64,000 nucleotides of DNA, from positions 124,001-188,000 of the forward strand of contig JAYWIR010000032.1 in assembly GCA_036172245.1 (NCBI GenBank), in the 5' to 3' direction. Origin of the DNA: Raillietiella orientalis. Its lineage: Eukaryota. This document shows positions 1 through 14,339 of the stretch, piece by piece (within the stretch, counting starts at the first letter, position 1; every line of letters starts with the position of its first letter). A program made the translations under genes and the position numbers. The notes beneath the pieces are model-generated. The model was not told where the DNA came from, searched no databases, and saw only the letters and a program-made list of their open reading frames with translations.

Positions 1-390
1 ACCTCCTTTGCGTGCAGAGCATTTAAGCGTCATCTTGAACAGAGGTCATCGTCTACGGATGCTGGTTGCCAAATAGCGGTCACCAGCTTTAACACATTGA
101 AAGAACCATAGTTAATTAGTCACCGCAGCATGAAAAACAGATGATTACGAGCAATGAGTAAGCACTACGAAGAATGCTGTTCCCAAGTATCAAAAAACAG
201 CTTCAGCAGTATTGAGCGCTCACAATTTGGACTCACTTTGACAATGGAGAGTTGCGCTGCACTTTCAAATTGCTATTTGTCAAAATTCTATCCGGTATGA
301 GAACGGAAAAACCCAGTCCACGTGAATCCAACACGGGAAGCACGACGGAAGCATGTGTGAGAAAAGTGCAAAATACATTTGCAAGAACCA
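1..390. repeat. Arm 1 of a ~390-bp imperfect inverted repeat (partner 2129-2518); may extend beyond the window start
   Basis: acctcctttgcgtgcagagcatttaagcgtcatcttgaacaga at 1 is the reverse complement of tctgttcaagatgacgcttaaatgctctgcacgcaaaggaggt ending at 2518. Colinear similarity continues to gcaagaacca (381-390) versus tggttcatgc (2129-2138). Confidence 0.9.
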
Positions 391-2128
391 CTGCTGGTGT
401 CAGTGCGGCACTGCTAAATCATAATCAGGTCCTGCACTCTTACTGCAACCGTCAGCATGCAAAAAAGTATAAATGGATGTTGTCATTCTTCCAAATCGAT
501 TGTACACTTCTAGGTTCCACGTAATCCAAGAAACGTACAGACATTCTCTTTCGTGGAAGATTATTTTACTACCTCAGAAACGTGTTCTCAGGGAAGCATA
601 CATTGCGCTACTTTTTCTAGAAATTATAAGAAACCAATTCAATATTTTGGAAAAGTGGAGCTTATTCATGATGCCAATGTTTTAATTTATTTAGCGTATT
701 CCTATCTTAATGAACATGAGCTTTGCATTTTGCGTCAAAAATGTTGGTCGCACCTTTGAAAACAAGCTTCATCGCGAGAGCGAGCCACAATACATGCAAA
801 AATTGCAGGACGTGGAACATATTCCACTTGAGTCTGAATCAAAAGGACACAAGCGCAGAACACACTTTTTTAAAATGGATGCTCGAGTGGCGTTATTATG
901 AACTTATTGCGATTTACTCAGATTATTTAGTGGTTTTCCTCTTTGCCTAACAAACTAAACCGCTAATCGATTCTGCTAGACAATTTGCAGTTTAATTCTA
1001 ATTTAATCAGCGCCCTCGTGATGTTGTTGAGTAAATAGGGAAATTGAATTTAGTGTAGCTACAGGGATGAGACTCGCGACGAAGCGGTGGTCGAGAAGGA
1101 AAGCAGACCAGATGGTTGTTCCTTGCAAGGTTATAATAACATTCAAAATCATTTAAATGCCGCTCCTCTGAGTACTTGGTGAAGGATAGTTCACAAGAGA
1201 TCACGGGAAGTTTGCGTATTATGCTTCTGAAAATGCAATCACAACGAATTTTTGATGTTTTGCGAAAGAAAACGCAACTGAACATGAAAGCGTGAAGTGA
1301 CAGCCGAATCCAGGTTTGTTATACATACGAAATTATGATTAAAACGGAATAGCATACTATTCTCCACCTGATTTTATCAACTTTCTTTTTTACAGCAGAC
1401 TGCTTGCTTTCTGGAAACCCTTCAAATCTGTTTGCGGGCATCTGCAGCGCTGTCCTCGAACATTCTGGAAGATCTAATGTTTTCCTGACTGCTTGCGCAA
1501 AAAGTCCTCTTGCGCCCTCCACAATGCTTCCGCAAGTGTTCTTTCAGCTGAAAACTAAAATACTGTTCAACGCCTTAGGCAGAGTGCATCAGAAATAACA
1601 TTGAAGAAGTAAATATGTTCCAATCGCAGGATGTCAGAGAGAGCATTTGGTTCGCTCAAAGAGAATGGAGCTGAGGCCGTTATGTCAGATGGACGAGTCT
1701 CTCACTGCATGCAAGCAAATATGCAGGAACATGCCAACAGACAGTGGTATCGTGGCTAAGAAACGAGCGTTCCACAATAACACTTTGCATGTTCTTGATG
1801 CATCTCGCCACGATCTCCACTGCTTCCATTTCGGACACGAGACAATCGGATTCCACTTAGTATGGAAATAAATGGAATCATTATACTCGCGTTTGAAACA
1901 GCAGCAACGTGAACTCTGTCGCCTTTCCTGTGATGAAGCTTGGAGATATCTGCCATTGTGGGCACAACCGCTAAAACACACGCGTATGCTCCGGTCTCCA
2001 GAATCATGCCGAGAGTTGTGCCAGTTCTTCTTCTTCTTCATCTTCAGAAATGCGACTGCTCATCTTTTGGACTCCCCTACTTCATCTCAGTGCATGCATC
2101 AGGAAAAACAAGAACTTAGCAAAGCAAA

Positions 2129-2518
2129 TGGTTCATGCAAATGTATTTTGCACTTTTCTTACACATGCTTCCGTCGTGCTTCCCGTGTTGGGTTCAGGTG
2201 GACTGGGCTTTTCCGTACTCATCCCGGATAGAATCTTGACAAATAACAATTGGAATGTGCAGCGCAACTCGCCATTGTCAAAGTGAGTCCAAAATGTGAG
2301 CGCTTAATACTGCTGAAGCTGTTTTTTTATACTTGGGAACAGCATTATTCGTAGTGCTTACTCATTGCTCGTAATCATCTGTTTTTCATGCTACGGTGAC
2401 TAATTGACAATGGTTCTTTCAATGTGCGAAAGCTGGTAACCGCTGTTTGGCATCCAGCTTCCGCAGACGATGACTTCTGTTCAAGATGACGCTTAAATGC
2501 TCTGCACGCAAAGGAGGT
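2129..2518. repeat. Arm 2 of the inverted repeat (partner 1-390)
   Basis: Reverse-complement match to 1-390 with scattered substitutions. Confidence 0.9.
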
Positions 2519-5500
2519 GAAAAATGGAAATTCAGATCTGGTTGCTTACTGAAGGATCAAATGGTTCCCCCAAGAACACTGCTTGAGCACAGACAAGTGT
2601 TGTTGGTGTACCTCTATCATGGCTACGTAGGAACCCAGACACCTTGCACACTGCAGCATAGAAGATACACTGCTAGGTTGCATTAAACATGCTGATGTTC
2701 AAATACTGCGAGGTGCGTTCAGAGCTAAAACATTCACCTTGCTTTCCTTTCATGTTGAAAGAATGCAGCGTCGAGCGGATCAATCGAGATCCCGTAGCAA
2801 GCATTGAGGATTACCACGCCGTTTAGCGACGAATGGGTGCTTCTACTGTGAGGAGAATATTCTGCTTCGCGACTGTTGCAATCAGACCACCCATGCAAAG
2901 GGAATCTCATCAGTTGATGAGAAATTGTCTCGCATCAGGATTGAAAAGAGGAGGCAAAATGGAAACTTGGCACTCCTACTTATTGTGATTGCTCCTTACT
3001 GGCGTGAGCGTGAACGTTTCACTACGTTCCAGAGCTTCCGAAAGGCCTCCAGAGGGCGTTTTATTACTCTGTGCGAGCGAACAAATGTTGCTTGCCTGAG
3101 CGATCTTAGTATTCTGCTCTGTTTGCGAAACCGTGACCGATAGCAGCACTGAAGAAAGAAATAGGAAATATAAAGTGACCATGTCCTTCGAATTGTCGAA
3201 GGATATGGGATCAAAACAACCGCGGTGAGATGCACGCGCATAGTACGCAACTAGCACGAATTTGACAGCATCATTGAGGGGATAAGAAGAACAGCAGCGG
3301 ACAAGCTGCAATTTCTTCGCCACCAGTGATGATTTCAGCACGTTTTCTATCAGATTTCATTTCTTCTGTGTTTGTGCCTCAATGCTTCAATATCCATGCA
3401 TGAACCTCTTCCGGCACCTTGTTTGGAGCAAACTGTTCCTTAGAGAAGTCGAGAAGAGCTTGATACTGTCATCACAGAATAACGAAAACATCCTCTAATA
3501 AAATAAGCATTATTGTGTACGATAGCTTTTGAAAGATTTTCTTTCGTATTCCTTTCCGAAGTTTGAAATGAAAATGCGGTCAGCGGTGGATTCCAGTTTT
3601 CTATGCAGATACCTCATTTTCATTGTTTTCTGGAGGTGAGTGGGCCACGCATAGAACCCCTTAACTTTTCCGTACGTGCCGAATGTACAAGAAGCTTCCG
3701 TATGCAAGGAGTGGTGTGAGCTTGCGAAAGCAAATTTCACTTCCAGCCTTTATTCCTTCGCACATGATTCCCGTGCCCATTTCTTCGCCCCACAATAGGC
3801 TCTTCCCTGTTCGCAGTTGCCGGCTTTAGCCAGTGGTGGGTTCGTTGTGACGGTACAGGCGGTATACTTCTGCCTTGTTGCGTTTGCACACGTTATTCTC
3901 AAAGCTCCCTTTTTTCGACATTGTCCAGCGGGATCTCCACGTGTTAAGGGGAACCCCTGTCTCAACCTTTGGTGTCGGAAAATTCAGTTCTCGCCAGTTG
4001 CTGCTTTTCTCCCGTCGCAATCTTCTAATGGACATCGCCTATCTTGTTCAATGCTTTCTCCAAACTAGACTTGAAAGCTGTCATGGGTCGTCACCTGCAG
4101 GCAGCTCTCCGTTCTCTTATGTCGCATGTCTTGTTGCAAACTCGTTGAGGTTTCTTTCACACTTCGAGAGCATTCCGTTGACTTTGTTTTGGGTGAATCT
4201 TCTCACGAATGTTTATCCGAGGATGCTCTTGTTGCCGAGAACGTCCTCCGATGTGGGAAAGTAAATCATCCGTTCCTTTCCGCAGAATGAGGAGAAAGAT
4301 GGCAGCACTTGTTGTGAGAACAGCGAAGGGGGAGGAGGGAGTAGGAAATCCTATGTGCTGGAGGAAACCACGAGTGAATGTGTATATAAGCCAGCGATGC
4401 GTTGTGTTTCTCTCAATCCGCTGCTGAATTCCGTGCCTGTTTTGGCTGATATTTCGAGAGAAAAGATGCTGTCACTCCTATTCAACATCGTAAGCAGTAG
4501 TTGGTTTTTCAATGCATGGTTTTTGTAGGATTTGAGTTCTTGTTTCGCATGTTAGACAGTTTGTGGACATTGTCTACTCAATCCTTGATTTAAGGATAAA
4601 CAGCACGTTGTGGTACGAATCGTTGGGCTTGTCAATTAGAGGGTTTCCTAGTGATGTATGTGGTGTTTTTATTTTCACGTCAATGGTTTCGTGGTATTTC
4701 GAAGTTTTCCCATGATTGGTTTCTTCCGTGTCATTGCCGGTTTCTTCATTTCTGCTTCGAGAATTCGCAACATGTGTATTATCTTGTAGCTTGTAACTTC
4801 TTTTTTTGATCCATTTCTTTTGGTATGAAAGATTCGTCGCTCTTGTTCTTTCGTCAGTTCTCCTGGATACATCTGGTTGTCTTTTCGTTTCTTTGGATTA
4901 TTTTTTGCAGTTCTGCATCTGTTGATTTTGATGGCGAATGCGATGGAAGACTTTCTCTTGCAACTCACTTGTTCTGTCTCTGGAAAGTGTCTTGTTTTTT
5001 TTTTCGAAGGCTGGTACAGGAGTCATGCTCTTGCAGTCGTTAATGTAGGTAGATTCTTTGTTTGAGGTATTTTTTCTGCGTTCTGCATGGTTGCTGTGCT
5101 TGTGTTACAAGGGTATGACTTCTGTGTAATTCTGAGAAGTTCATCTATGCTACTACTCATTTGCCTAATTGGTTGCTAATATTTACTGTAGTTGTGGTCT
5201 TTTTATGTTGCCACTGTACTTTTGTTTGGCAATGCAATGAGTACTCCTGAGTCTCTGGCGGAAGACATTACTTCTGTGGGGTTGAAAGTTTTCCCACGCG
5301 TTATTGGTCTGCGTGCCCCTGTTGGAGGATGCCAATATACCTTCGAAAATACAAACGGCAAGTGTGAATTGTCTATCAACAGTCGTTCGAATAATCTACG
5401 TGATGGTCAGTGCACTGCAGAACTATATGTAAGTGTGTGTTTTCTTCGTTCGAAAATCATTGATAATTTTAGGTTAAGGGAAGTCGTCTACCTATGGAGG

Positions 5501-8500
5501 CTACTTTTTTTTTGACCTTTTTCAAAGGCGAGTGCGACCTCATTTACCCTAGTTGGAGACGGAGGTATGACGTTTCGAGTATTTATTTCACTGTAAATTC
5601 TGTTGTCTTTGAAGAGCATCATGCAAACCATCTTCTAATTGTGTTCCTTTGACTGGTGCAAACCTGTGTAGTTCAACTGTATCAATTTGAGCATTTCATT
5701 GTAATATGTATTTTGCAGATTTGCGAAAGTAGACAGAGTTTGAGTTTCTTTTTAATAGACTCACTTTTTGATCTTATATTTGTTTTGAATATGCTGAAGA
5801 TTCCAGGAAATCTGTTAGAATGTTCCTTGGGTATTTGTACTTTTCTTTCTTTCGTTCCTGATCCCTATGTCATTGACAGCATGCTTTATAGCAAAGGCTT
5901 TTCATTAATAATTTTAAACTGGGGGATGGGTGCTTGATTGTAGAACTATTCGAAGATATCGGATACTAGATATTCGAAGGTTAAGGAATAAAGTTGATCT
6001 TTTTTTCCTCAGACTATCCATCGGTACAAATTTTGGAACAATACCAACCAACGTATCTTGTACTTGGCGTTCAGGCAACTTACTGAACCTTTTCGTCACG
6101 GAGTGAGGAGTTCATATATTCCTTCTGCGTTTGCATCTGCAAATAATAAAAGTTTCTTTATTACATCTTGAGAATTTCTGTGTGGATCTGTATCACATCA
6201 AAGTAAAAGACGCATGGGGAGACCCTCCTTTTTTCACATGCACTTGGAAACTAATTGAGTACAGTTATGTATGCAGATTTCTTTTAAGCAACCCAGTTCA
6301 CATGTCCCATTTGATGAACTTCCGTCCAGGAGGATGCATTCCTTTTCCATCTGGAAACTCTCAATTACCGATAATGTATTTCCATCATTTTCTATTCAAA
6401 AATGAACACGAGGATTGAAGCTGCTTGACAGAGCACATCTTCTCGCTCATGACACTCGCTCATCAACTCGCTCATGACACTAGTTCTACAGAGTCTTCTC
6501 GTCTCTTAGTTCAACTTGCTTTACTGCGAACTTATCTTTCGCATAATGAAACACTCAACCCTACTTGAAAGCCTTGTATTGGGCAGAATATTTGCAACAG
6601 AATTCTACTTTGACATACTCTGAAGAAAAATATCATGATTAATTTTTTTCATCAACCGCTTTCTTCATCACGTGTTTCCTGTTTAATCTAAATGCATATT
6701 TAAAGGATCACTGCGAATCCAATATTTAATGATGATAGAAAAATGCGATTTATCCTGTTCTTCTATTTACTATTCAGATTACTGTCCTGCGTTTCATCAT
6801 ACAGTATTACTAAAATCTTTTTGATACTGATCCTTTTGAGAATAGGAGCTACGTATGGAATCCTGCATAGTCGGTTTTCCATGAGAACACTTGAATTCCA
6901 GTCAACACTAGTTCAGGATTGGAATATTCTGGATTGCCCGAATTGTCCCTTTGGACATTTCTCTGATGTCCTTCTTAGGCAGATTTATTTCTCCTTGCCT
7001 TCGCATGCACCCTTCGGCATCAGTTTGTACAATCTGACAGAAAATGCATAGTGCATCATGTCAGTCCGAACAGTGTCTGTCGAAATGAAGCTTAGAATAT
7101 GAAAAGAGGAAAGCACTTGGTTCATTTTATTTTAAACCTCAACCTATGTAACTGAGGAACCCCTTATTCTATACATTCAGGGATAGCAAAATGCTGACTC
7201 CTGTTGAAATTGCAAACAAATGGCGTTAGTTTACTTTAAAATGAAAACAGTTATGGTAGTTTTGTGTTCCAAGCTATAGGCATCAAAGACATTTCTATCA
7301 TACAAGAGATTTACGGGTTCTTTCAGGACAATTCTGTTTGCAGAAAGAAACCGCATGTTCGAGTTTTCCTTCTTATGTCAAGCGTTCATGTGTTTATTGA
7401 GATCCCAGCTCAGTTGGCTTTCTATCGGCTAGTCTGCTTCCCTTTGTCTCAGGAAAAAGCGCATGAAATATTCTTCAGCATCGCCATACGTTCACAGCTA
7501 GTCGAATCTGTCTATGAAACTCATCTTGATCACCGCATGCTTTGCACCTGCTGGAGATAAGTTGGCGATCTGTGCTGCGTACATTTAATGCATCCTTGGA
7601 ATCCATTCCATTTAGATGAACGTCACTGGAGTGCATTCATATCTTTGCAGCAGTTTTAGCAATGCTATTTGCAAGATATCCGCGCGAGAGACTTCCTTTG
7701 CTTTGAAAATGATGTTTGCGCGGATTTCACTTCCTTTACTGCACTCACATCTGGTGTTAAAATAACCCAAACTATATTTTAGAAATGAACAAATCAAGAG
7801 CCCTTGGTCCAATTATTCTTGAGCACTTGTGAAATCTGGTATTCATCTCTTAAAAGCTTGATTTGAAGCCATGTTCTTGATGGTTCTCCTGCTTTCTAGT
7901 AATTTCTGACTAGGACGTCTCTCGCGCACCTCCTCACGACATCTATATTGCCTTCCCATTGATCGATATATTATCCTTATGTTTCTTTCTGATGGCCTTA
8001 ACTTCTCAGCTCCTATACATCATTGTGCTGTCCATCAGTCTTGTTCTATGAACGAGTATAGAGGCAACCCCATCTTATTTGGTTCGAACATCACTTTGTG
8101 CCTAAAGTGTTTCTCTTTGACGACAAAAATGTTTTTTTCGCATTTTTTATTCCACTCAAGTTTAATTATTACACTGACTTTCTTTACAATGATCAATGTG
8201 TTCTTTGAAAGTAGACTTTTGAGTCGCCCGTTGCCTTAGGCAACACCATGGGAATCAGTGGTATACGAGTGTACTTTTGTATTTAAGTTGATTATACTCT
8301 CTGTGGACAATACCAGAAAAGAACTCAAAGAGACGAGGATGACTCAATATGCCAATCATTTGGTAAGAGAATGAGCGCAGAAAACACATTACGTACGGAG
8401 ATTCCTAATTCAACTTTTACAGAAACTGATTTGGATAGGAGAAGGATGGGAGGATACAAGAGAATTTGCACTCAGCAGCGGACAACGCAAAATTTCGTAT

Positions 8501-10262
8501 GTTGTGTAGTACACTGCAAACAATGTTTAGCCATTTTGTCATTATGTGGACATGGTAAACACATAATAGTGCGTTCCGGATTACTGCCTACGCTCTTTGT
8601 CATTATCACGCTACTTTTTGTTCGCACACCTTGGGGAAACCGAAAATATGAAAAAAGCCGGGAGTATGGAAGGTTGTGAGCCACAAAGGGGTGTAGCTTC
8701 AAACGATAAAGTGCATTCAAATTGCAAAGATTTCCATTTCTAAGCAACCTGCATAGTAACAGTAGATCCACAAGTTACAAATGCTCTGCACAAGAGGCTG
8801 TGGTCTACAGACGTTGTTTCCATTCTGAAGTCCTAAAATTTCACGTGAGGATCCTAAACACAGTGCCTAAAGAGGACACGTCTCGCTGACAACACAGAAG
8901 ATAAGAAGATAAGTGTCAGCAAGTGGTCCGAGATTTCGAAATTTGGCAGTAAATAGCCAGATGAATAGTTTATGTGGTATGGATTTTGTATCATTGTCCT
9001 CTGTAGCGTTATTTCTCTACGATACCATATTTATTTGAAGATGCTCTCTCTATCCTCGCGCTTGAGGAATGAAATTTTATACCCAAGGAGAATAAGCTTT
9101 TCTCTCTGCGTTTTTTTTTTAATTTATTTCTAGCCAAAAGGTATAAGTTCCTCATGTGTCTCCACGTTTCTCATGGTATGCGTGGTCATTGTAAAAATTA
9201 AGAGAACATTAATCTTTTTTTGTATCTCATCGTAAAATAGGCGGAGACGTGTGAAGGTCTTCCGTGCACCCTGTTCTCAGAAAAATTGTGGGAGCCATTT
9301 CTGTAGAGGATGGTACTCGCAGATTCCTTGGAGTAGCAGAAGCGCAAGTGGCTGCGCTACCGTCCAATGCTCATTTGAAAGTCGCGATAATCGCAATAAT
9401 TGGTTTGCATTTTCGTTGCCAGGCGTGTCAGCATCCTTTGACTCCTCAGCTCGTTCGGCGAGGCAAACCAGTACGCTAGTAACATCTGGTCATTAAATCT
9501 ACATTGCGGTGTCGATCGCACCAGGCTTCTTTAAAGCAGAAGTCCATTAACGGAACATCAAGGTACTCCGATCGCTCCCTCGAGAAGTTCCTCCAGCGGA
9601 TCCACTATGTACATTAAACCAACATCGCATACACATTAATTATCGATTTTGCTCTGCGTATCCCTGCGTATTCCCTCCCCAAAAAGGCTCTGACCACGTG
9701 TTCTTTGAGAACTGTCGAATTTCGACCTCAGTTGGCATTTTCGCATTCTTTCAATGAGGAACGATGGCGAAAATGCCCAAATGCCCTGTGGACAGCATAA
9801 GAAAGACATAAGACGATCGTCCCTAGGACCTCAGGAAATCAAAACGATTGCATTCCAGCCTTCTGGAGTATTTTTTTGCATACTTGAGAAATTAGTCTTC
9901 GGTGTGGAGAAGCAAGCGGCCTGTGGACACACCGATGGATTTCAGAAAAATTGAGGCTATTTACTTCCCCTAGTCCTCTTTCACAGATGTCGAGGCGGCC
10001 GTACCCACACACTCCTGCGCTCTTACGGCGAGGAGCTGGACTGCAGAAATAGTTACTTACTGTTTTTGCGGTGTGACTAGCTCCATCTGCGGTAACTTGG
10101 GCGAAAGATACCGCCTATGAGGCACAGGGTTGCAAACGCAGCCTTATTTTTAAAGTATCCGGACATCTCGCTGTAGACACTGCATGTTCTATTGCAAGGA
10201 AACATGCAGAAAATTAACGTACAGGAGTAAAATTATTTCAAGTTTCCTCACCCTGATTATGG

Positions 10263-10825
10263 TTTTACAACCGCGTGCTGTGGGAGGTTTATATCTCTTA
10301 GAGTGATCAGTCAAGCCAGAGGGCTAAATACTCCCAATTATAACATTTAAAGTGGATGGAAGCCAGCAAGGCTCATCACTCTTACCAAGGGAAAAACGGA
10401 TAAAATAAAACAAGAGCAAAATGGCGAACCATAACAATAAAAACAAACCCAAATGTGATTATTTGGGGGAAGGGAAGGGATAACATGTCGCGTTGGGTGA
10501 AAATTCTGCATCAGTTAAGGGATTTCGGAGAGCTTCTCTTGCTCCGTTTCCAGGTGGAACTACCTAGAATATATCTACAGTAAGAGGGTGGTGGGAAGGG
10601 CAAACCCCTTTTGCATCGTCATTCCTCGGTGTCGCACTTTGCCGCGGCGAACCGAGACAAAGTACACGCGGCTGCCGCTGAAAAAAATGCTCACTATTGC
10701 GCAGTGCCAGCTAGAGCGCAGACATGGCATGGCATATCTGCGCTTTAGCTGGTTTGCAATCACAAGTGCCCCAGAAGCTCCAGGAAGTACTCTTGTTTGA
10801 TGAAGTCGAGCGTTTTGGCCCGCGG
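10263..10825 (-). mobile_element. Highly decayed 3' end of an L1/Tx1-type LINE
   Basis: Degenerate 3' terminal motif (rc TATAAACCTCCCACAGCACGCGGTTGTAAAA), T-rich 3'UTR with the gggaagggataac signature seen in younger copies, and a remnant of the NARRHHWTRG segment. Confidence 0.55.
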
Positions 10826-11935
10826 GATGGACGTGTTTTGTTGATGCTCCGCGATGCACTGAACCCTTTCTTCAGTGCGTTGTATTCAGTCGTTCAATAT
10901 TGGATAAGGCAATGCCTTACGGAACCACCAGTGGGTGCCAGGGAGCGCCGTGCTCGTCAGTGGCGCTGGTGGTGGTAACATCCGCCCCAATGAATCGGTC
11001 CCCGCTACAGAGTGGGCATATAGCGCCGTGCTAGTGGAGCCTACGCCTACAGCCTCTGCAAAATTAAGTGCCTAAGTGAGGAGCGACCCAACGTTTTGCT
11101 GCTCTACAAGATTAACAACTTTTCTCCGGAGTGTGCCTACATCCTTTCCATTCATCTTCTTGCTGTCAACGTGCTGGAGGAATCAGCGCGCGATGAGCAT
11201 CTGATGGGGGAAAAGTTCGTTATAGTCATCTGCAAAGTAGCAGATCTGGCTCAACGGCTAAAGAAAACCTGCGGAGCCTTGGGGAGGCGTCGGCTACTTC
11301 CTATTACGCTGCACAAGAGCATTGTGGTCCACATATTAGGTGTCACAGCGCGGATGCGCAGGGCAGCCCTTCGCGCCAAACTCAAAAAGGACGGCGCGGG
11401 ATATGCTCAGTAGTCCAAGCGTTTTCCTTTGTGGAGCATGCGCGGCTACAATGCAGCATCGCGGTCGTGCGTATCCCCGTCCGTAATTGCTGCAGATTAA
11501 CCTCATAATGAAGGTCATCGGTGAAGCTGTCCACCTTTAGTATGTGGAAAAGGCCAAATACTGTGGCTCCCTCAATACGTCGGTCCATCTTAAGATGTAC
11601 TTGATCGTGCTGTGCCAAATAAGTAGCGCAATGAATCACACCTGTGAAAAGTGCCCAAAGGTAACAGTTTTCGTGACGTCTACAAAAAAAGCGAAAAAGT
11701 GCGCAACACAATTGAAATAAGAGCGGAAGAAAGCAGAAATCCGTTCGAAAAAAGCAGCCGCGAAAGATGCGTTACTAAAGCCCTGGGCCAGGGCCACATC
11801 CAAGAGCGCGCGAACAACACCAAAAAGGTCGAGAAAAATGGCCAGGAATCTCTATGGCAGCTGGTAACCTCCAGAAAAGTAAAAAAACAAGCGCTCGCAC
11901 AACATCCGAGAAAATTAAATGTTGTATCCTTGTGG
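10826..11935 (+). mobile_element. Decayed LINE 5' end and ORF1 remnant (related to the ORF1s at 51784-52992 and 58797-60451)
   Basis: 5' motif gatggacgtgttttg. LLLYKINNFSPECA...RRLLPITLHKSIVVHILGVTARMRR matches LLYKVGSLYSPENA...RRLLPITEDRSVIIHLAGITLRM. Confidence 0.75.
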
Positions 11936-13452
11936 TTTTTATCCCGTTTGCGCCGGAACGTCTATTAAAATAAAATTATCTGGGAACATAGTTCTGAGGC
12001 AAGGGAAATTGAAATTAAGGGATGGCGGTTCCTGATAGCGGATCTTGCATCCTGAGAGCTCGAAACAGGAGGAAAGAGACAATATATAAATTAAAATAGA
12101 GAGGCAGTCAGGGGTAAAGGTCTTAAGCTTATACCGCATGCAGGAGATCTTCGTTCTCATTTGGTCGTTGATTTGTGCCATCCCGGCAGTCATTCTTAGG
12201 TGCTTGCTACACTGTTGGTACCGGCTGTTGAGGCTGATCGCAATTGCATTACGTGGAAAGCCCTAAGAAAGGCGCGGAAGCAACAGATGTTTGGGATGAT
12301 CTCAACAATCGATAGGCCGTCAAACGTAGAAAAGCGTCTCAGTAAGTTCATTGCGCTGTTGTACGGATGCAGGAGCTCTGAAGGTAGCCTCTGCCACTGT
12401 CCTTGGAGTGCACTGCAACCGAATAACAGGTGCGGGAGCAATTCCGGCGCTCCGCAACATTTGCAGTTCGTGGACGCGATTTCTTTGGAAACTAGGTGCG
12501 CGCGTAAGTTGCAATAGAAGTCCCAATACTCCAGAAGGAAGGCGTTCCATTTCCAAGAAAGGAAGAACACAGAAGATTCCTCGAACGAGGGCAAGAGCAC
12601 AAGTTCTTCCGTGGGCACCCTCGGGAGTTCGTTGCACCAAAGAAGTCCCACAGATTATGGAGTGTCGTAGCAGCGTCTGCCAGCTCGCTCGTCTTCCAGC
12701 CACAAAGGGGTCGGGTTTCGCCTGCGATAGCGCACACGACCTCCCACCTTGTCGGTAGGTAACTATCTTCTCGTGTGTTTAAGGCCGGTAGCGCGTAGTC
12801 GAGAGGCGAAACGCACTTGCGAGTCTACTTATTCTTGTTCTGCAACGCCTTCTCCACTGGACATGCTGCTTAGAGGTTCACGCAACCAATTTCCAAACGG
12901 CACACGTCCTGTTGTCTTGTCCTGGAAGATAAGACTTTCTGTCGAAAGGCTTTGAAGTCATCCGACCAAACAGAAGTTCCACGAATGTGCCTTCAGAAGC
13001 GAGGCGAGCTGCATCATCGGGAAGCTGAATCCTCTCATGGCGCGCTCCGTATGTAGAAGAGGCGAAATGAGTCTGTCGCCAACCGTGCGGCGCTGCAGCA
13101 GCAGCTGCGCTGTAGCACAGCATGGAGTCGTTTTAAGCTGTTTCCAAAGTATCGGTATGCAAAACTGCATTAGCAGACCGATCCTTTTCAGCGTCCGTAT
13201 CCCCATGCTGCCAGCCCGACGAACAGCCTCAAAACCCTGAAGGGAGATTCTGGACCTCGCGAGTTCCCACAAGGTGTTCCGCAACGGTCGTTTTGCCCAA
13301 AGCTTGGCCGAGTCAGGAAGTAGAGAAACAATGGGTGCCATTAAATCACCTAATGGATACAAGAAAACGGTTTCTGATCCCGCGATGACGACTACGTCTG
13401 CTAGCAGGGAGCCCCTTTTCTTGAAAACAGCGAGGATATTCTCCCAGGTCAC
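11936..13452 (-). mobile_element. Decayed LINE 3' portion (post-RT region, Cys/His domain, 3'UTR)
   Basis: CKCCGAPELLPHLLFGC motif and RISL...GSMGIRTLKRIGL; 3' terminus rc AATAGACGTTCCGGCGCAAACGGGATAAAAA. Confidence 0.8.
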
Positions 13453-14330
13453 TGACCCCGCAGCTGCAAAGGGACCTTCGTTCGTCAGCCCTGAGCTACA
13501 GGCCTATGAGCAAAATGGCTACACGTTTGCACCAATGTATTAGGTGAGTGTTCCCATGTCTGAGAGTGCTGGGCACGACTTGAGGCAGAAGATCCAACGT
13601 ATTGGAGTTGAAACAGCCCAGCTGGATTTCATCATGCACATAAGTGGGTGAGGCTAATAAGAAATGTCCTGTAAGGACACTCTCCTGCCACAGCATCTGA
13701 TGCACACGCTACTGCTTATTCATGGGGAGGCAAAACTGTCCGACATAGCGGACCATTCGTTCGCGGTGCGGCTAAATGGTGGGAAGAAAACCGTTTAGGA
13801 TACTGAGTTTATTGAGGCCATTCAAGATTCCGCCATCCTCCACGCGCTGCTGAGCGTTTCGGAGACCAACTCAACAGTTCGTGCAATTGCGGGTGATGAT
13901 GGCGGATCGTGGGGCCATGTCCACTGGACTGCAGGTTGACGGAATAACCATCCACCTGTGGTTTGCGAAGCAATCGTGTACCTGCACGGAATGAGATCAA
14001 GAGGGACACCACATTATGAAGTCACCATCAATCGTTTCAAGTTACTGCCACGAGCCTAGTTACACAAACAGGTGGTCTGAGCTCTTGATAAAATTAGAAA
14101 AGCGCCGAAATAAAATGCATCTTGATTTGCCTGATAAAAGCCGTGACTGGAAGAGAGAGAATAGTGAGAGTGTTGAAAAGAGCACGAGAGTAGACGCGCA
14201 AAAATGAACCGCGCAAAAATTGCAAAGCTATTCTAAGGCCTCGCAGCAAGCCTGAAAAATCAAACTCGAGTGTGCGAAGGCGAAAACGATTTCTACTGTT
14301 GCGGTCGTGAACTGGCGGCTTCGTGGAGGA
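13453..14330 (+). mobile_element. Decayed LINE ORF1 remnant (SPELQAY..NGY type)
   Basis: SPELQAYEQNGYTFAPMY matches PDSPELQAYVANGYTPEL at 30529. Right boundary is approximate. Confidence 0.65.
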
Positions 14331-14339
14331 ACACTTGGT

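Noticed and set aside
6443..6481. ctcgctcatgaca repeated about three times
   Set aside because: A short degenerate tandem repeat without spacers; not CRISPR-like and no evident function.
2520..10260. Short ORFs in the AT-rich flank as host genes or a DNA transposon
   Set aside because: No recognisable domain, consistent exon chain or termini by eye. A BLASTX/HMM search would be needed.
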